From the NCBI GenBank assembly GCA_023248545.1, contig JAHFEF010000002.1:14908-78907 (forward strand): a DNA stretch of 64,000 bases, written 5' to 3'. The DNA is from Myxococcales bacterium. Lineage in GTDB: Bacteria > Myxococcota > UBA727 > JABDBI01. A program made the translations under genes and the position numbers. Below are positions 27,793-35,280 of the stretch, piece by piece. The notes under the pieces are model-generated. The model saw only the letters and a program-made list of their open reading frames with translations. It did not search any database and was not told where the DNA came from. Position 1 is the first letter of the stretch; every line of letters starts with the position of its first letter.

Positions 27793-28628
27793 TGTCTCAG
27801 TTTATTGCGTTTGAACGCAATAAATGGTCTCAGTGCATAGTACAGAAAAAATAAGCCATCTGGCAAAGCCAAAGCCTGAAAGTCTTGAAGTCTTGGGACA
27901 AAGAGGCTGAACAGGACTTTGGCTTTGTTTTTAAATTTTTTGCGCAGAGCTAATTTGTGCCACCAATCCGACCATCGCCAAACGTAGGAACCCGTACGAC
28001 CCGTCTTTATTTGTAGCCCTTCTCTTAATGTCCCAGCTAAATCCCACTGATCAGCTTCTTTCCTAATCAAATTCCAATCAAGCTCATATTTTGCTAATAA
28101 TTTTTGAATATCGAGTGCCCATTGGGGTCTCGACCAACCCGACTCACAGCCATGCGTGCATAAATAAAGCAAATTATATTCTGGGCTCAGATGTTTAATC
28201 TGAACACCTAAAAGCTCAGTGGTCTGCAAACTAATATCAAACACAGAAAAGCACTCCCAGTCTTGAAACAGGCGCCAGTGCAGCTCTAAACAAATTTGTT
28301 TTTTGGGGTGCCAATAAACAAAATCTTTGCTCCAGTGAATATGTGCTTGAAGTTGCCGAGGTGTTAAGAACGACCGTTGATAGCCTTGTTGTTGCAGAAT
28401 ATGATCGGCCTCGAAAATATTTTTAGGCTTTATGACCAGGTCAATATCTTTTGATTTCCGAGCACCCAAATCGCCATAGAGCTCGAGTGCTAACAGAGGA
28501 CCCTTAATAGCAACAGACTCTATTTTTGCGTGCGCCAACAGTGAAACTATAGAAACCAGTTCAGCGCATTGGCCTAGTGCCTGCTTAGGATTGAAGTAAC
28601 CCAATATCGCCGCCGCTGCTAATAGCAT
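27771..28628 (-). CDS. Pol-beta-superfamily nucleotidyltransferase of the 'uncharacterised nucleotidyltransferase' type that accompanies PqqD-family proteins
   Basis: 285 aa. IKGPLLALELYGDLGARKSKDIDLVIKPKN matches the hG[GS]...DhD NTase motif. The true start is uncertain: the annotated ATG lies 76 nt inside the upstream small ORF. Confidence 0.7.
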   Translation of the reverse strand: MLLAAAAILGYFNPKQALGQCAELVSIVSLLAHAKIESVAIKGPLLALELYGDLGARKSKDIDLVIKPKNIFEADHILQQQGYQRSFLTPRQLQAHIHWSKDFVYWHPKKQICLELHWRLFQDWECFSVFDISLQTTELLGVQIKHLSPEYNLLYLCTHGCESGWSRPQWALDIQKLLAKYELDWNLIRKEADQWDLAGTLREGLQIKTGRTGSYVWRWSDWWHKLALRKKFKNKAKVLFSLFVPRLQDFQALALPDGLFFLYYALRPFIAFKRNKLRHQQHLPD

Positions 28629-28704
28629 TTTCGGTGTCTAAATTGACATCGGCAATCTGAGTGATCTCAGGTTTTGTCCAGATCTTTTTCGCTTCCTCAG
28701 CCAT
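28585..28704 (-). CDS. Candidate RiPP-like precursor peptide, 39 aa, with a PqqA-like leader. It is not in the ORF track.
   Basis: Hand translation of the minus strand gives ATG(28704-28702) MAEEAKKIWTKPEITQIADVNLDTENAISSGGDIGLLQS then TAA(28587-28585). The ATG is 10 nt after the stop of the PqqD-family gene. Confidence 0.4.
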   Translation of the reverse strand: MAEEAKKIWTKPEITQIADVNLDTENAISSGGDIGLLQS

Positions 28705-28714
28705 GTCTGGCAGT

Positions 28715-29005
28715 CTAGCTCAGAGGCTGGACAACTTGCAACAAATTCTGAGTCAATAACTGATTCAGAAATTCTAAAACTTCCTGCTCACACTGTTTTT
28801 TCGAGACTTCGAACTCTCGTCCGAGCTTGTCGCATAGCTGAGTGATCTCTGTGGGTTGCTCCAGGAGCTCCCAAATTCTTCGACCAACCGAGTTGACACC
28901 GTAATACTTGCCAGTTTGTATGCTGAGCATGACCAAGTCTTCGTCTAAGCAGCTGCTGATCAGATTTTTATTTCTCGCCACGGTGTCATTGAGTTGAAGC
29001 TTCAT
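28715..29005 (-). CDS. PqqD-family protein (RiPP recognition element / peptide chaperone)
   Basis: 96 aa. LVMLSIQTGKYYGVNSVGRRIWELLEQPTEITQLCDKL...EVLEFLNQLLTQNLL matches the PqqD winged-helix consensus (yy.LN..g..IW.ll.g..t..ei...l). Confidence 0.8.
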   Translation of the reverse strand: MKLQLNDTVARNKNLISSCLDEDLVMLSIQTGKYYGVNSVGRRIWELLEQPTEITQLCDKLGREFEVSKKQCEQEVLEFLNQLLTQNLLQVVQPLS

Positions 29006-29012
29006 GGTTTAT

Positions 29013-30827
29013 TTATAGGCGGCAAACCCGTTTTAAGCGACAGTCTGAACAAGAAGTTTGAATATCGGCCGGTACATGGCCCTGTAACACCGGTTCTAAC
29101 AAAGCTTGCAACGCTTGATCTAACTCGGGCAAGCGATCGGTCATGTCGATCAAGGGTCCTGGGGCGCCGTCTCGAATAGATATGGGGTAGCCAAGAAGTT
29201 GTTTGTGTGACCCTAACGCTCTCAAATAAATAGGTATCTGAAAATGCGTTTTCAAGATTTCTTTCGAAGCAAAGCGCATTCGAAGAGCACTCAAGGCGGA
29301 TAATTTATAATCAACGACGATTTGAGCCTCTGGGTTTGTATCAACTCGATCGATCACGCCGCCAATGTGAATTTTGTCCGTGCCGACCAAAAGCTCAAAC
29401 GACTCTGGTCGGTGTTCAAAAAATACGGGCTTAGCGTTCGCAATGGGCGGATTTTTTTCCAAATTAGATACCAGTCGCCGAAGCGCTTCACGAAGCCAAA
29501 GCAGATTGGCTCGCCATACACCTGGATGCGTGTCTTTGGGATCTGCCTGTGCAAGCGTGAGCTGAATCTCTTGGCCATCACGATAATATTTTTCGAGTGC
29601 CTCGTGTGCCACCTGACCCAGGACACGCATATCGATGTCGTGTCTTGCCGGGGGACTCAGATCGATTTTCAACAGCTTTTCAACAAATGCCCGAAAGCGA
29701 CACTGCGCAAAAGCTTCTATTCGGGTGGCGCTCAGTGGCTTTTCCGGATTTAAACCCAATAGATCGCCAAATTGTTTTCGAAAACGAATGGGATCCAACC
29801 TCACCCCTAACCCCTCTCCACCCAGTGGAGAGGGGAATTTTTGGGAACGTTTAGCAGCCTGAAAAACTTGCTCCAGCTTATTAAGCGGTCTGTTTAACTG
29901 AGTAATTCCCTCGTTTTCGCTGAGCCAATCAAGTTTCGCTAATTCGCTCATGGTCTGCGCCTGACCACTTTGATCCAACGCCGAGCTGGTCAAAACTAAA
30001 AACTTGGCCGCGCTACAAGCCCCCAAAAACCACATGGGCTCAAGTGCTTGCTTGGCTGGGAACAAACTGGGTTCTAGCAGGTCTTCTTCGAAGCGCCGTA
30101 AAACTTGATGACCCATGAGACAATTAATCTCAAAGCAGTCAGAATCTCGCAGTGGCCAATCTGGTTCGCGTGAAAGTGTCAGACGCCCATGTGCACAGTC
30201 GGCAATCACCACCCCATCCAATTGCTTGCCCAGCAAATCGGGTAGCGCCAAAACTGGCGTGTCCAACTCATGTGCACGCAGGGCATCTCGAAATATCAAT
30301 GCTCTTTTATCCAGCACACGCATTGCGACGGCAATATTTTTATCCCGACCGTAGCCAGCCACAACTTGGGCCACAAAACGTGCTTCTTGCACCAAGTCCG
30401 GCGCTTCATAACGCACCAGGCGCTCTGGTTTTACGAACGGCTTAAAGATAATTTCCAAGTTTTTTAAGTCATGATGCTGTTCGATTCGATGGGCCAAATA
30501 GGTAATGGGCAAACTCAATCCGTGGCCTGATGAATCTACTGGAAACTCAAAACGAATTTTGACACCCAACTCCGCCAGTCTAAACAAATAGGCCAGTTCG
30601 AGTTCGCTCAAATCTACCCGATTTGAAATCACCAGGTGATCAAAGTCAGGCTTTTGGGTGAGTGCCTGATAGGATCGTAAAAAATCTAAACTTTGATCCG
30701 GCTGGTGCTCAAGCGCTTGGAGCGGGGTTAGAATTTCACGCAAACGGGGCGAAAGCCCCGGCTTGGCCAATATTTCGCTCGGAGAACTTAAGCCATGAAT
30801 CAGCGCCCGAAAGAGTTTTAGCGTCAC
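29013..30827 (-). CDS. PD-(D/E)XK nuclease-family protein with an AddB/Cas4-type iron-sulfur nuclease domain and no helicase motifs
   Basis: 604 aa. The C-terminal ~230 aa carry SATRIEAFAQCRFRAFVEKLL (compare SxSxLExxxxCPxxyF), GGVIDRVD, IVVDYKLS (E/DxK) and a terminal CSDCRLKRVC (C-x2-C-x5-C). This is the 4-Cys 'iron staple' of AddB-type nucleases. The stop is 7 nt before the pqqD-like ATG. Confidence 0.65.
   Translation of the reverse strand: MTLKLFRALIHGLSSPSEILAKPGLSPRLREILTPLQALEHQPDQSLDFLRSYQALTQKPDFDHLVISNRVDLSELELAYLFRLAELGVKIRFEFPVDSSGHGLSLPITYLAHRIEQHHDLKNLEIIFKPFVKPERLVRYEAPDLVQEARFVAQVVAGYGRDKNIAVAMRVLDKRALIFRDALRAHELDTPVLALPDLLGKQLDGVVIADCAHGRLTLSREPDWPLRDSDCFEINCLMGHQVLRRFEEDLLEPSLFPAKQALEPMWFLGACSAAKFLVLTSSALDQSGQAQTMSELAKLDWLSENEGITQLNRPLNKLEQVFQAAKRSQKFPSPLGGEGLGVRLDPIRFRKQFGDLLGLNPEKPLSATRIEAFAQCRFRAFVEKLLKIDLSPPARHDIDMRVLGQVAHEALEKYYRDGQEIQLTLAQADPKDTHPGVWRANLLWLREALRRLVSNLEKNPPIANAKPVFFEHRPESFELLVGTDKIHIGGVIDRVDTNPEAQIVVDYKLSALSALRMRFASKEILKTHFQIPIYLRALGSHKQLLGYPISIRDGAPGPLIDMTDRLPELDQALQALLEPVLQGHVPADIQTSCSDCRLKRVCRL
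29797..29836 (-). repeat. Palindromic element, copy A (about 40 bp; 10-11 bp stem CCCCTCTCCAC/GTGGAGAGGGG), inserted in-frame in the nuclease-like CDS
   Basis: Plus strand: aacctcacccctaacccctctccacccagtggagagggga. Its reverse complement is ~85-90% identical to copy B at 51482-51520. In the nuclease-like protein it encodes FPSPLGGEGLGVRLD. Confidence 0.6.
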
Positions 30828-31558
30828 TTCTTCTTTTTCTTAAGCTGTTCTCTGGCCTTGAGAGCAAAAGAACTCTTGGGATGCTTTTTGATAACTTCTT
30901 CGTAAAAAACCGAAGCATCTTTTGGAAATTTAAGTGCTTCTAAAGATACGCCGACTTTATAGAGTGCCTCTGGGACCTTACTGAAACCCTGAAAACGTGT
31001 CAGCAAGTCTTGGTAGGATAGGACGGCTTTTTTATACTCGCCGAGCTCATAATAAGAATCCCCACGCCAAAATAATATTTGAGCCGTGAATTGCTTGTCA
31101 TCTGCAAACTTGCTTAAAAACGTTTCGCTGCCAGCAATTGCGCGCTCATATTGCTTGTCTTCATAGGCTGTCTTGATCGCAGCAACTTGATCCGTCTTGT
31201 TGAGATTTTTGGGCGCCGCAGCAGGTTCTTCGGTAGCGGGCGCTGGGACAGGTTCTACAGGCTTCGCGGTTTGAATTTCTTGGAGCTGGGTTTTGAGCTG
31301 CTCGACTTCGGTGAGAAGCTTCTCTTTTTCGAGGTTCGTATCAGCACTCTGTTTAAATACAGCGCCTTCTAGTTTTTGGAGGCGGTTCTCGGACAACAAT
31401 TGCCGATCACCCACGTCGCGTTGGGTATCAGCAAGCTGTGATCTGAGCTTGCTGATATCCATTTGCATTTGATCGCCCTCGGCGCGGGGCACAAAGCAGG
31501 CAGTGAGGCTACTCGATAGTAATATCAGTACGCCTGTTTTTAGCCCAAGCTTGTTCAT
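30824..31558 (-). CDS. ybgF: Tol-Pal system protein YbgF/CpoB (coiled coil + TPR lipoprotein)
   Basis: Start placed at MNKLGLKTGVLILLSSSLTAC (lipobox). The ORF-track start at 31669 would overlap pal by 160 nt. Long coiled coil followed by TPR-like C-terminus (YYELGEYKKAVLSYQDLL). Its stop overlaps the start of the nuclease-like gene (ATGA). Confidence 0.65.
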   Translation of the reverse strand: MNKLGLKTGVLILLSSSLTACFVPRAEGDQMQMDISKLRSQLADTQRDVGDRQLLSENRLQKLEGAVFKQSADTNLEKEKLLTEVEQLKTQLQEIQTAKPVEPVPAPATEEPAAAPKNLNKTDQVAAIKTAYEDKQYERAIAGSETFLSKFADDKQFTAQILFWRGDSYYELGEYKKAVLSYQDLLTRFQGFSKVPEALYKVGVSLEALKFPKDASVFYEEVIKKHPKSSFALKAREQLKKKKK

Positions 31559-32084
31559 TGTGTTCAGGGTCAACGGGTTTTTCTTTTCCATAAGAGACAA
31601 CATGCATCCTAGAATCACTAATTCCAGAGTTTTGCAAGTATTGTGACACAGCCTTGGCTCGTTTTTCACCTAAAGCCAGATTATATTCTACCGTTCCGCG
31701 TTCATCCGTGTTGCCGGCAACCATAATTTGGGTGTTCGCATTGGTACGCAAGCAGGCAGCCATATCCGTCAGCAAGTCTCGATCGCCCGCTTTGATATCA
31801 TACATATTGAAATCAAAATGGACAGTTCCAGTTTGGCTACAGGCTGAACCAGCTTGAACTGGTGTTGACTTCTCTGTTTGCGAAGCCTGAGAGCTTTCAG
31901 CACAACGATTATCTGTGCAGATTTTGCCCTCCTTACAGTCTTTGTTGGTGCCGCACTCCTGGCACTTGCCAAATACGCAAACAGCGTCTTCGCAATCACC
32001 ATCTTTTTTGCATGTCACGTCTTTTGAAGAGTGACACGCAGTTAATAACATGAGGGTTACCACCCCAATTGATCCGATTTTCAT
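31509..32084 (-). CDS. pal: Peptidoglycan-associated lipoprotein Pal (OmpA-like) with a Cys-rich N-terminal module
   Basis: 191 aa. Lipobox LLTAC; OmpA-like C-domain (VHFDFNMYDI...IMVAGNTDERGT.EYNLALGEKRAKAV...NRR). Eleven Cys sit between the lipobox and the OmpA domain. Confidence 0.8.
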   Translation of the reverse strand: MKIGSIGVVTLMLLTACHSSKDVTCKKDGDCEDAVCVFGKCQECGTNKDCKEGKICTDNRCAESSQASQTEKSTPVQAGSACSQTGTVHFDFNMYDIKAGDRDLLTDMAACLRTNANTQIMVAGNTDERGTVEYNLALGEKRAKAVSQYLQNSGISDSRMHVVSYGKEKPVDPEHNEQAWAKNRRTDITIE

Positions 32085-32096
32085 TTTTTTCTCCTT

Positions 32097-33011
32097 CTAA
32101 ATTAGAACCGGCAAACACCGACTCAAGATTTCAAATTTCGCTGGCAACTCCCCTGCGTCTTCACCATCCGCTTCAATATAAACAGGTTCTTTTGACAAAG
32201 ATTCCACCAAAGCCACACGACCTCGCATTTTATAAACCTGCGGCAAATCCAAATGCTTTCCACGATAAACGCTCATGCCGTGCCTCAAAAAAAAGCCCAG
32301 GCCCATTTTCGAAACAGCGATCTTATCAAAACGACCGTCGTCGAACCTCGCTCCAGGAGCGATCTGCATGCCCCCACCAAAATACTGTCCATTGGCGAAA
32401 GCCAACAGCGAACAATCTGGGTGTAATATATTCTTGCCATCTAAATTAGCGCGAATTTGTGTGGGCTTGTAAGACCAAATGGCTTTGACGGTTTGTAAAT
32501 AATACGACCAGGAGGCTCGCGTGCGCCTTTCTTGCTCACGCATGTTCTTGGCGATCACCGCAGAGATGCCACAGCTCGCGACGTTTAAAAAATAGCGTTT
32601 TTGTGTTTTAGAAACCACCAGTCCCAAATCTATGTGTTTGACCTGAGAATTCAGCAATCTGCGCACTTGGCCTTTGTTGTCTTCGGGCCAACCAAAGCTC
32701 TTGGCTGTGTCATTGCCAGAGCCACTGGGCAGAATCCCCAGAGGCGTTTTCGAGTTTTCCCCCAACGCATTCACGACTTCGTTGAGTGTGCCATCGCCAC
32801 CCATCACCAATATAACAGATGCACCCTGGGATACTTGGTCTCGGGTAATTTGAGTGGCATGGCCAATATGCTCGGTCTTTAAAACCCGTAGGTTTGGCCA
32901 ATTCGCTTCTAATTCAGGCAAAATTGCATTAAGACTAGCCATAGCCTTGCCCTGATTGGAGTGCGGATTGACAATCAAGCTGGCGTTTTTGAAAAGATTA
33001 TTGACAGACAC
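32097..33011 (-). CDS. Diacylglycerol-kinase-family lipid kinase (YegS/DagK catalytic domain)
   Basis: 304 aa: VILVMGGDGTLNEVVNAL, GILPSGSGND. Confidence 0.8.
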   Translation of the reverse strand: MSVNNLFKNASLIVNPHSNQGKAMASLNAILPELEANWPNLRVLKTEHIGHATQITRDQVSQGASVILVMGGDGTLNEVVNALGENSKTPLGILPSGSGNDTAKSFGWPEDNKGQVRRLLNSQVKHIDLGLVVSKTQKRYFLNVASCGISAVIAKNMREQERRTRASWSYYLQTVKAIWSYKPTQIRANLDGKNILHPDCSLLAFANGQYFGGGMQIAPGARFDDGRFDKIAVSKMGLGFFLRHGMSVYRGKHLDLPQVYKMRGRVALVESLSKEPVYIEADGEDAGELPAKFEILSRCLPVLI

Positions 33012-33013
33012 AC

Positions 33014-33697
33014 ATGAGCCTTACCCCAATTTCAATCTTAGACCAAGGCAAACATCACCTGGTGGTCTACAAACCGAGTAACATGGTTGTCGTGGCAGGT
33101 CGAGGTGCTCCGAGACCCACCCTGTTAGATGTTCTACAGGAACGTTTTGGCAAAAATATTAAACCAGTTCATAGGCTCGATCGCGTCACAACCGGTTGCT
33201 GCATTTTGGCGACGAGCACCTATGGCCAGCAGGCACTCAGCGATGCTTTTAGAAAGCACTTGGTTGATAAGCGTTATTGGGCCGTGATCGAAGGCGTTCC
33301 GAATTGGAAGCAAATTAACATCGACGCCAGGCTCAAAAGAATTGACACGCCCAACAACAAAAAAAGCTTGGCACACCAAATTATCGCTGATGAAGGACAA
33401 AGGGCCTTGACACGTGTACGTGTGCTGGCGTCGCAGAATAATCTAACACTGGTTGAAGCAAACCCAGAGACGGGTCGAATGCACCAAATCAGAGCTCATT
33501 TAAGCCATCTAGGGTTTCCGATTGTGGGGGATGCGCAATATGGTGCCAAGACAGCTTATTATCCCTACGCGATCGCTCTGCACGCTTATAAAATCACGTT
33601 TCCAGCCCCTGAAGGTGGCCGACGGACGGTTACAGCGGAGCCTGAACCGCGCTTTGCTGCCCTTGTCAAACATGATTTCTTCAGGCAACTCTCCTAG
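33014..33697 (+). CDS. RluA-family pseudouridine synthase
   Basis: 227 aa: HRLDRVTTGCCILATS catalytic Asp motif, HQIRAHL. Confidence 0.85.
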   Translation: MSLTPISILDQGKHHLVVYKPSNMVVVAGRGAPRPTLLDVLQERFGKNIKPVHRLDRVTTGCCILATSTYGQQALSDAFRKHLVDKRYWAVIEGVPNWKQINIDARLKRIDTPNNKKSLAHQIIADEGQRALTRVRVLASQNNLTLVEANPETGRMHQIRAHLSHLGFPIVGDAQYGAKTAYYPYAIALHAYKITFPAPEGGRRTVTAEPEPRFAALVKHDFFRQLS

Positions 33698-33702
33698 CGC
33701 AT

Positions 33703-35280
33703 ATGAATCCAGAATCACCTGATTTGAAACGCCTATTTTTGGCGGTCTTCCTGATGACAGCCTTATTGATGGCCTATAATGCTTTTTTCGGGCCAAAACC
33801 CGGCGCAAAAGTTGTCCCAAAGCCCGAGGCTGTCCCGGCAGTACCTGTAGCCCCAAAACCAATTACGGCCCCAAAAATCGAAGTAGCCAATACGCCGTTG
33901 ATAACACGCGAGTTAGCCAAGACTGTTTCAGAATCTGTCGCTGTTCGAGGCGGCTACAAAGCCTTATTCAGCAACGAAGGGGCTCGGCTTCAGGACTGGG
34001 ATCTTCAAGGATATCAAGAAAGCCTAGATCTGACCCCAGAGTTTATTGCCCAGTCTCGAGACGGAAACTTAACTTTGTCTGACAAGACACGCTATGAGCT
34101 TGTCAGCGCAGACTTGAACTCGATCGTGTTTCAGAAAATTACGCCTGAAAATATCCGAGTGACGCGCCGATACAGCTTGACCGACAAACCGTTTGTGGTT
34201 CGGCATGAAGTTGAGTTCACGAATCAAGGCACCCGCCCACAAGTGCTTTCTATCGATATGGTCATGCGAACGCTTGAATCGCACAAACACAACGAAGACC
34301 AATTGGCAGCCGCCTGGCACGTGAATGACAAACACAAGCGTTTTGCCCTCAAAGACTTGGAAGAAAAGCCTGAAACGGCACCGAACGGACCCAAATACGT
34401 CAGTTTTGATCGCCGCTATTTTCTCATGACTTTGGCTCCGGAAAATAATTCTCAGATAGAGAGTGCCAAAGCAGAATTTTTTAAGGCCAATCAACAAAAA
34501 GGTCTGACGCTCAAACTACAAGCAAAAACGATGCAATTAGAGCCAGGTGCTTCGCAAACACTGGGTTTTTCGTCATATTTAGGACCCAAGCAGCTCGAGC
34601 TGTTACAAACTGCTGGCCATGGCATCGAAGAGAATATTGACTATGGCTGGTTCGGGGTTTTAAGCAGGCCGTTGTTGTGGCTCTTGGTTTATATTTACAA
34701 CTGGGTCCATAATTTCGGGATTGCGATTATTTTGCTGACCGTCTTGATTAAGCTTCTGACTTTTCCGTTGACTCAAAAATCTTTTGCTTCGCAGCAGGAG
34801 ATGAAAAAAATACAGCCTGAACTTAAAGAACTTCAGAAAAAATATAGCCACGACAAGGCTGCACTCGGTCAAAAGCAAATGGAGTTTTACAAAGAAAAAG
34901 GCATTAACCCCATGGCTGGGTGCTTGCCCATGCTCATTCAAATGCCCGTTTGGTTCGCCTTGTATCAAATGCTCGGCAACTCGGTTGAGCTTTATGAACA
35001 GCCTTTTTATGGGTGGATCACTGATCTCACACGTCCTGACCCGTATTATGTATTCCCCGTCGTGATGGGGCTAAGTATGTTGGTGAGTCAATGGGTGATT
35101 CCGCCAGCCATTGATGATTCTCAGCCACAGATGAAATACGTTTTGTGGTTCATGCCCTTGTTCTTGACGTTTATTATGCTAAACTTGCCTGCGGGCCTGT
35201 CTCTCTATATGTTGGTGAATAATCTGCTGACCATTGCACAGCAGGTATACGTGAGACAGCTGTCGGAGTCCAAAGCATGA
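33703..35280 (+). CDS. yidC: Membrane protein insertase YidC
   Basis: 525 aa. Large periplasmic P1 domain, then 5 TM helices (GIAIILLTVLIKLLTFPL, NPMAGCLPMLIQMPVWFALY). Confidence 0.9.
   Translation: MNPESPDLKRLFLAVFLMTALLMAYNAFFGPKPGAKVVPKPEAVPAVPVAPKPITAPKIEVANTPLITRELAKTVSESVAVRGGYKALFSNEGARLQDWDLQGYQESLDLTPEFIAQSRDGNLTLSDKTRYELVSADLNSIVFQKITPENIRVTRRYSLTDKPFVVRHEVEFTNQGTRPQVLSIDMVMRTLESHKHNEDQLAAAWHVNDKHKRFALKDLEEKPETAPNGPKYVSFDRRYFLMTLAPENNSQIESAKAEFFKANQQKGLTLKLQAKTMQLEPGASQTLGFSSYLGPKQLELLQTAGHGIEENIDYGWFGVLSRPLLWLLVYIYNWVHNFGIAIILLTVLIKLLTFPLTQKSFASQQEMKKIQPELKELQKKYSHDKAALGQKQMEFYKEKGINPMAGCLPMLIQMPVWFALYQMLGNSVELYEQPFYGWITDLTRPDPYYVFPVVMGLSMLVSQWVIPPAIDDSQPQMKYVLWFMPLFLTFIMLNLPAGLSLYMLVNNLLTIAQQVYVRQLSESKA

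Noticed and set aside
29322-29753. Plus-strand 143-aa ORF and several 60-97-aa ORFs inside the nuclease-like gene
   Set aside because: Antisense/shadow frames. The minus-strand 604-aa ORF carries coherent PD-(D/E)XK and Cys motifs. One of these frames merely reads through the palindromic element (NPSPPSGEGNFWERL).
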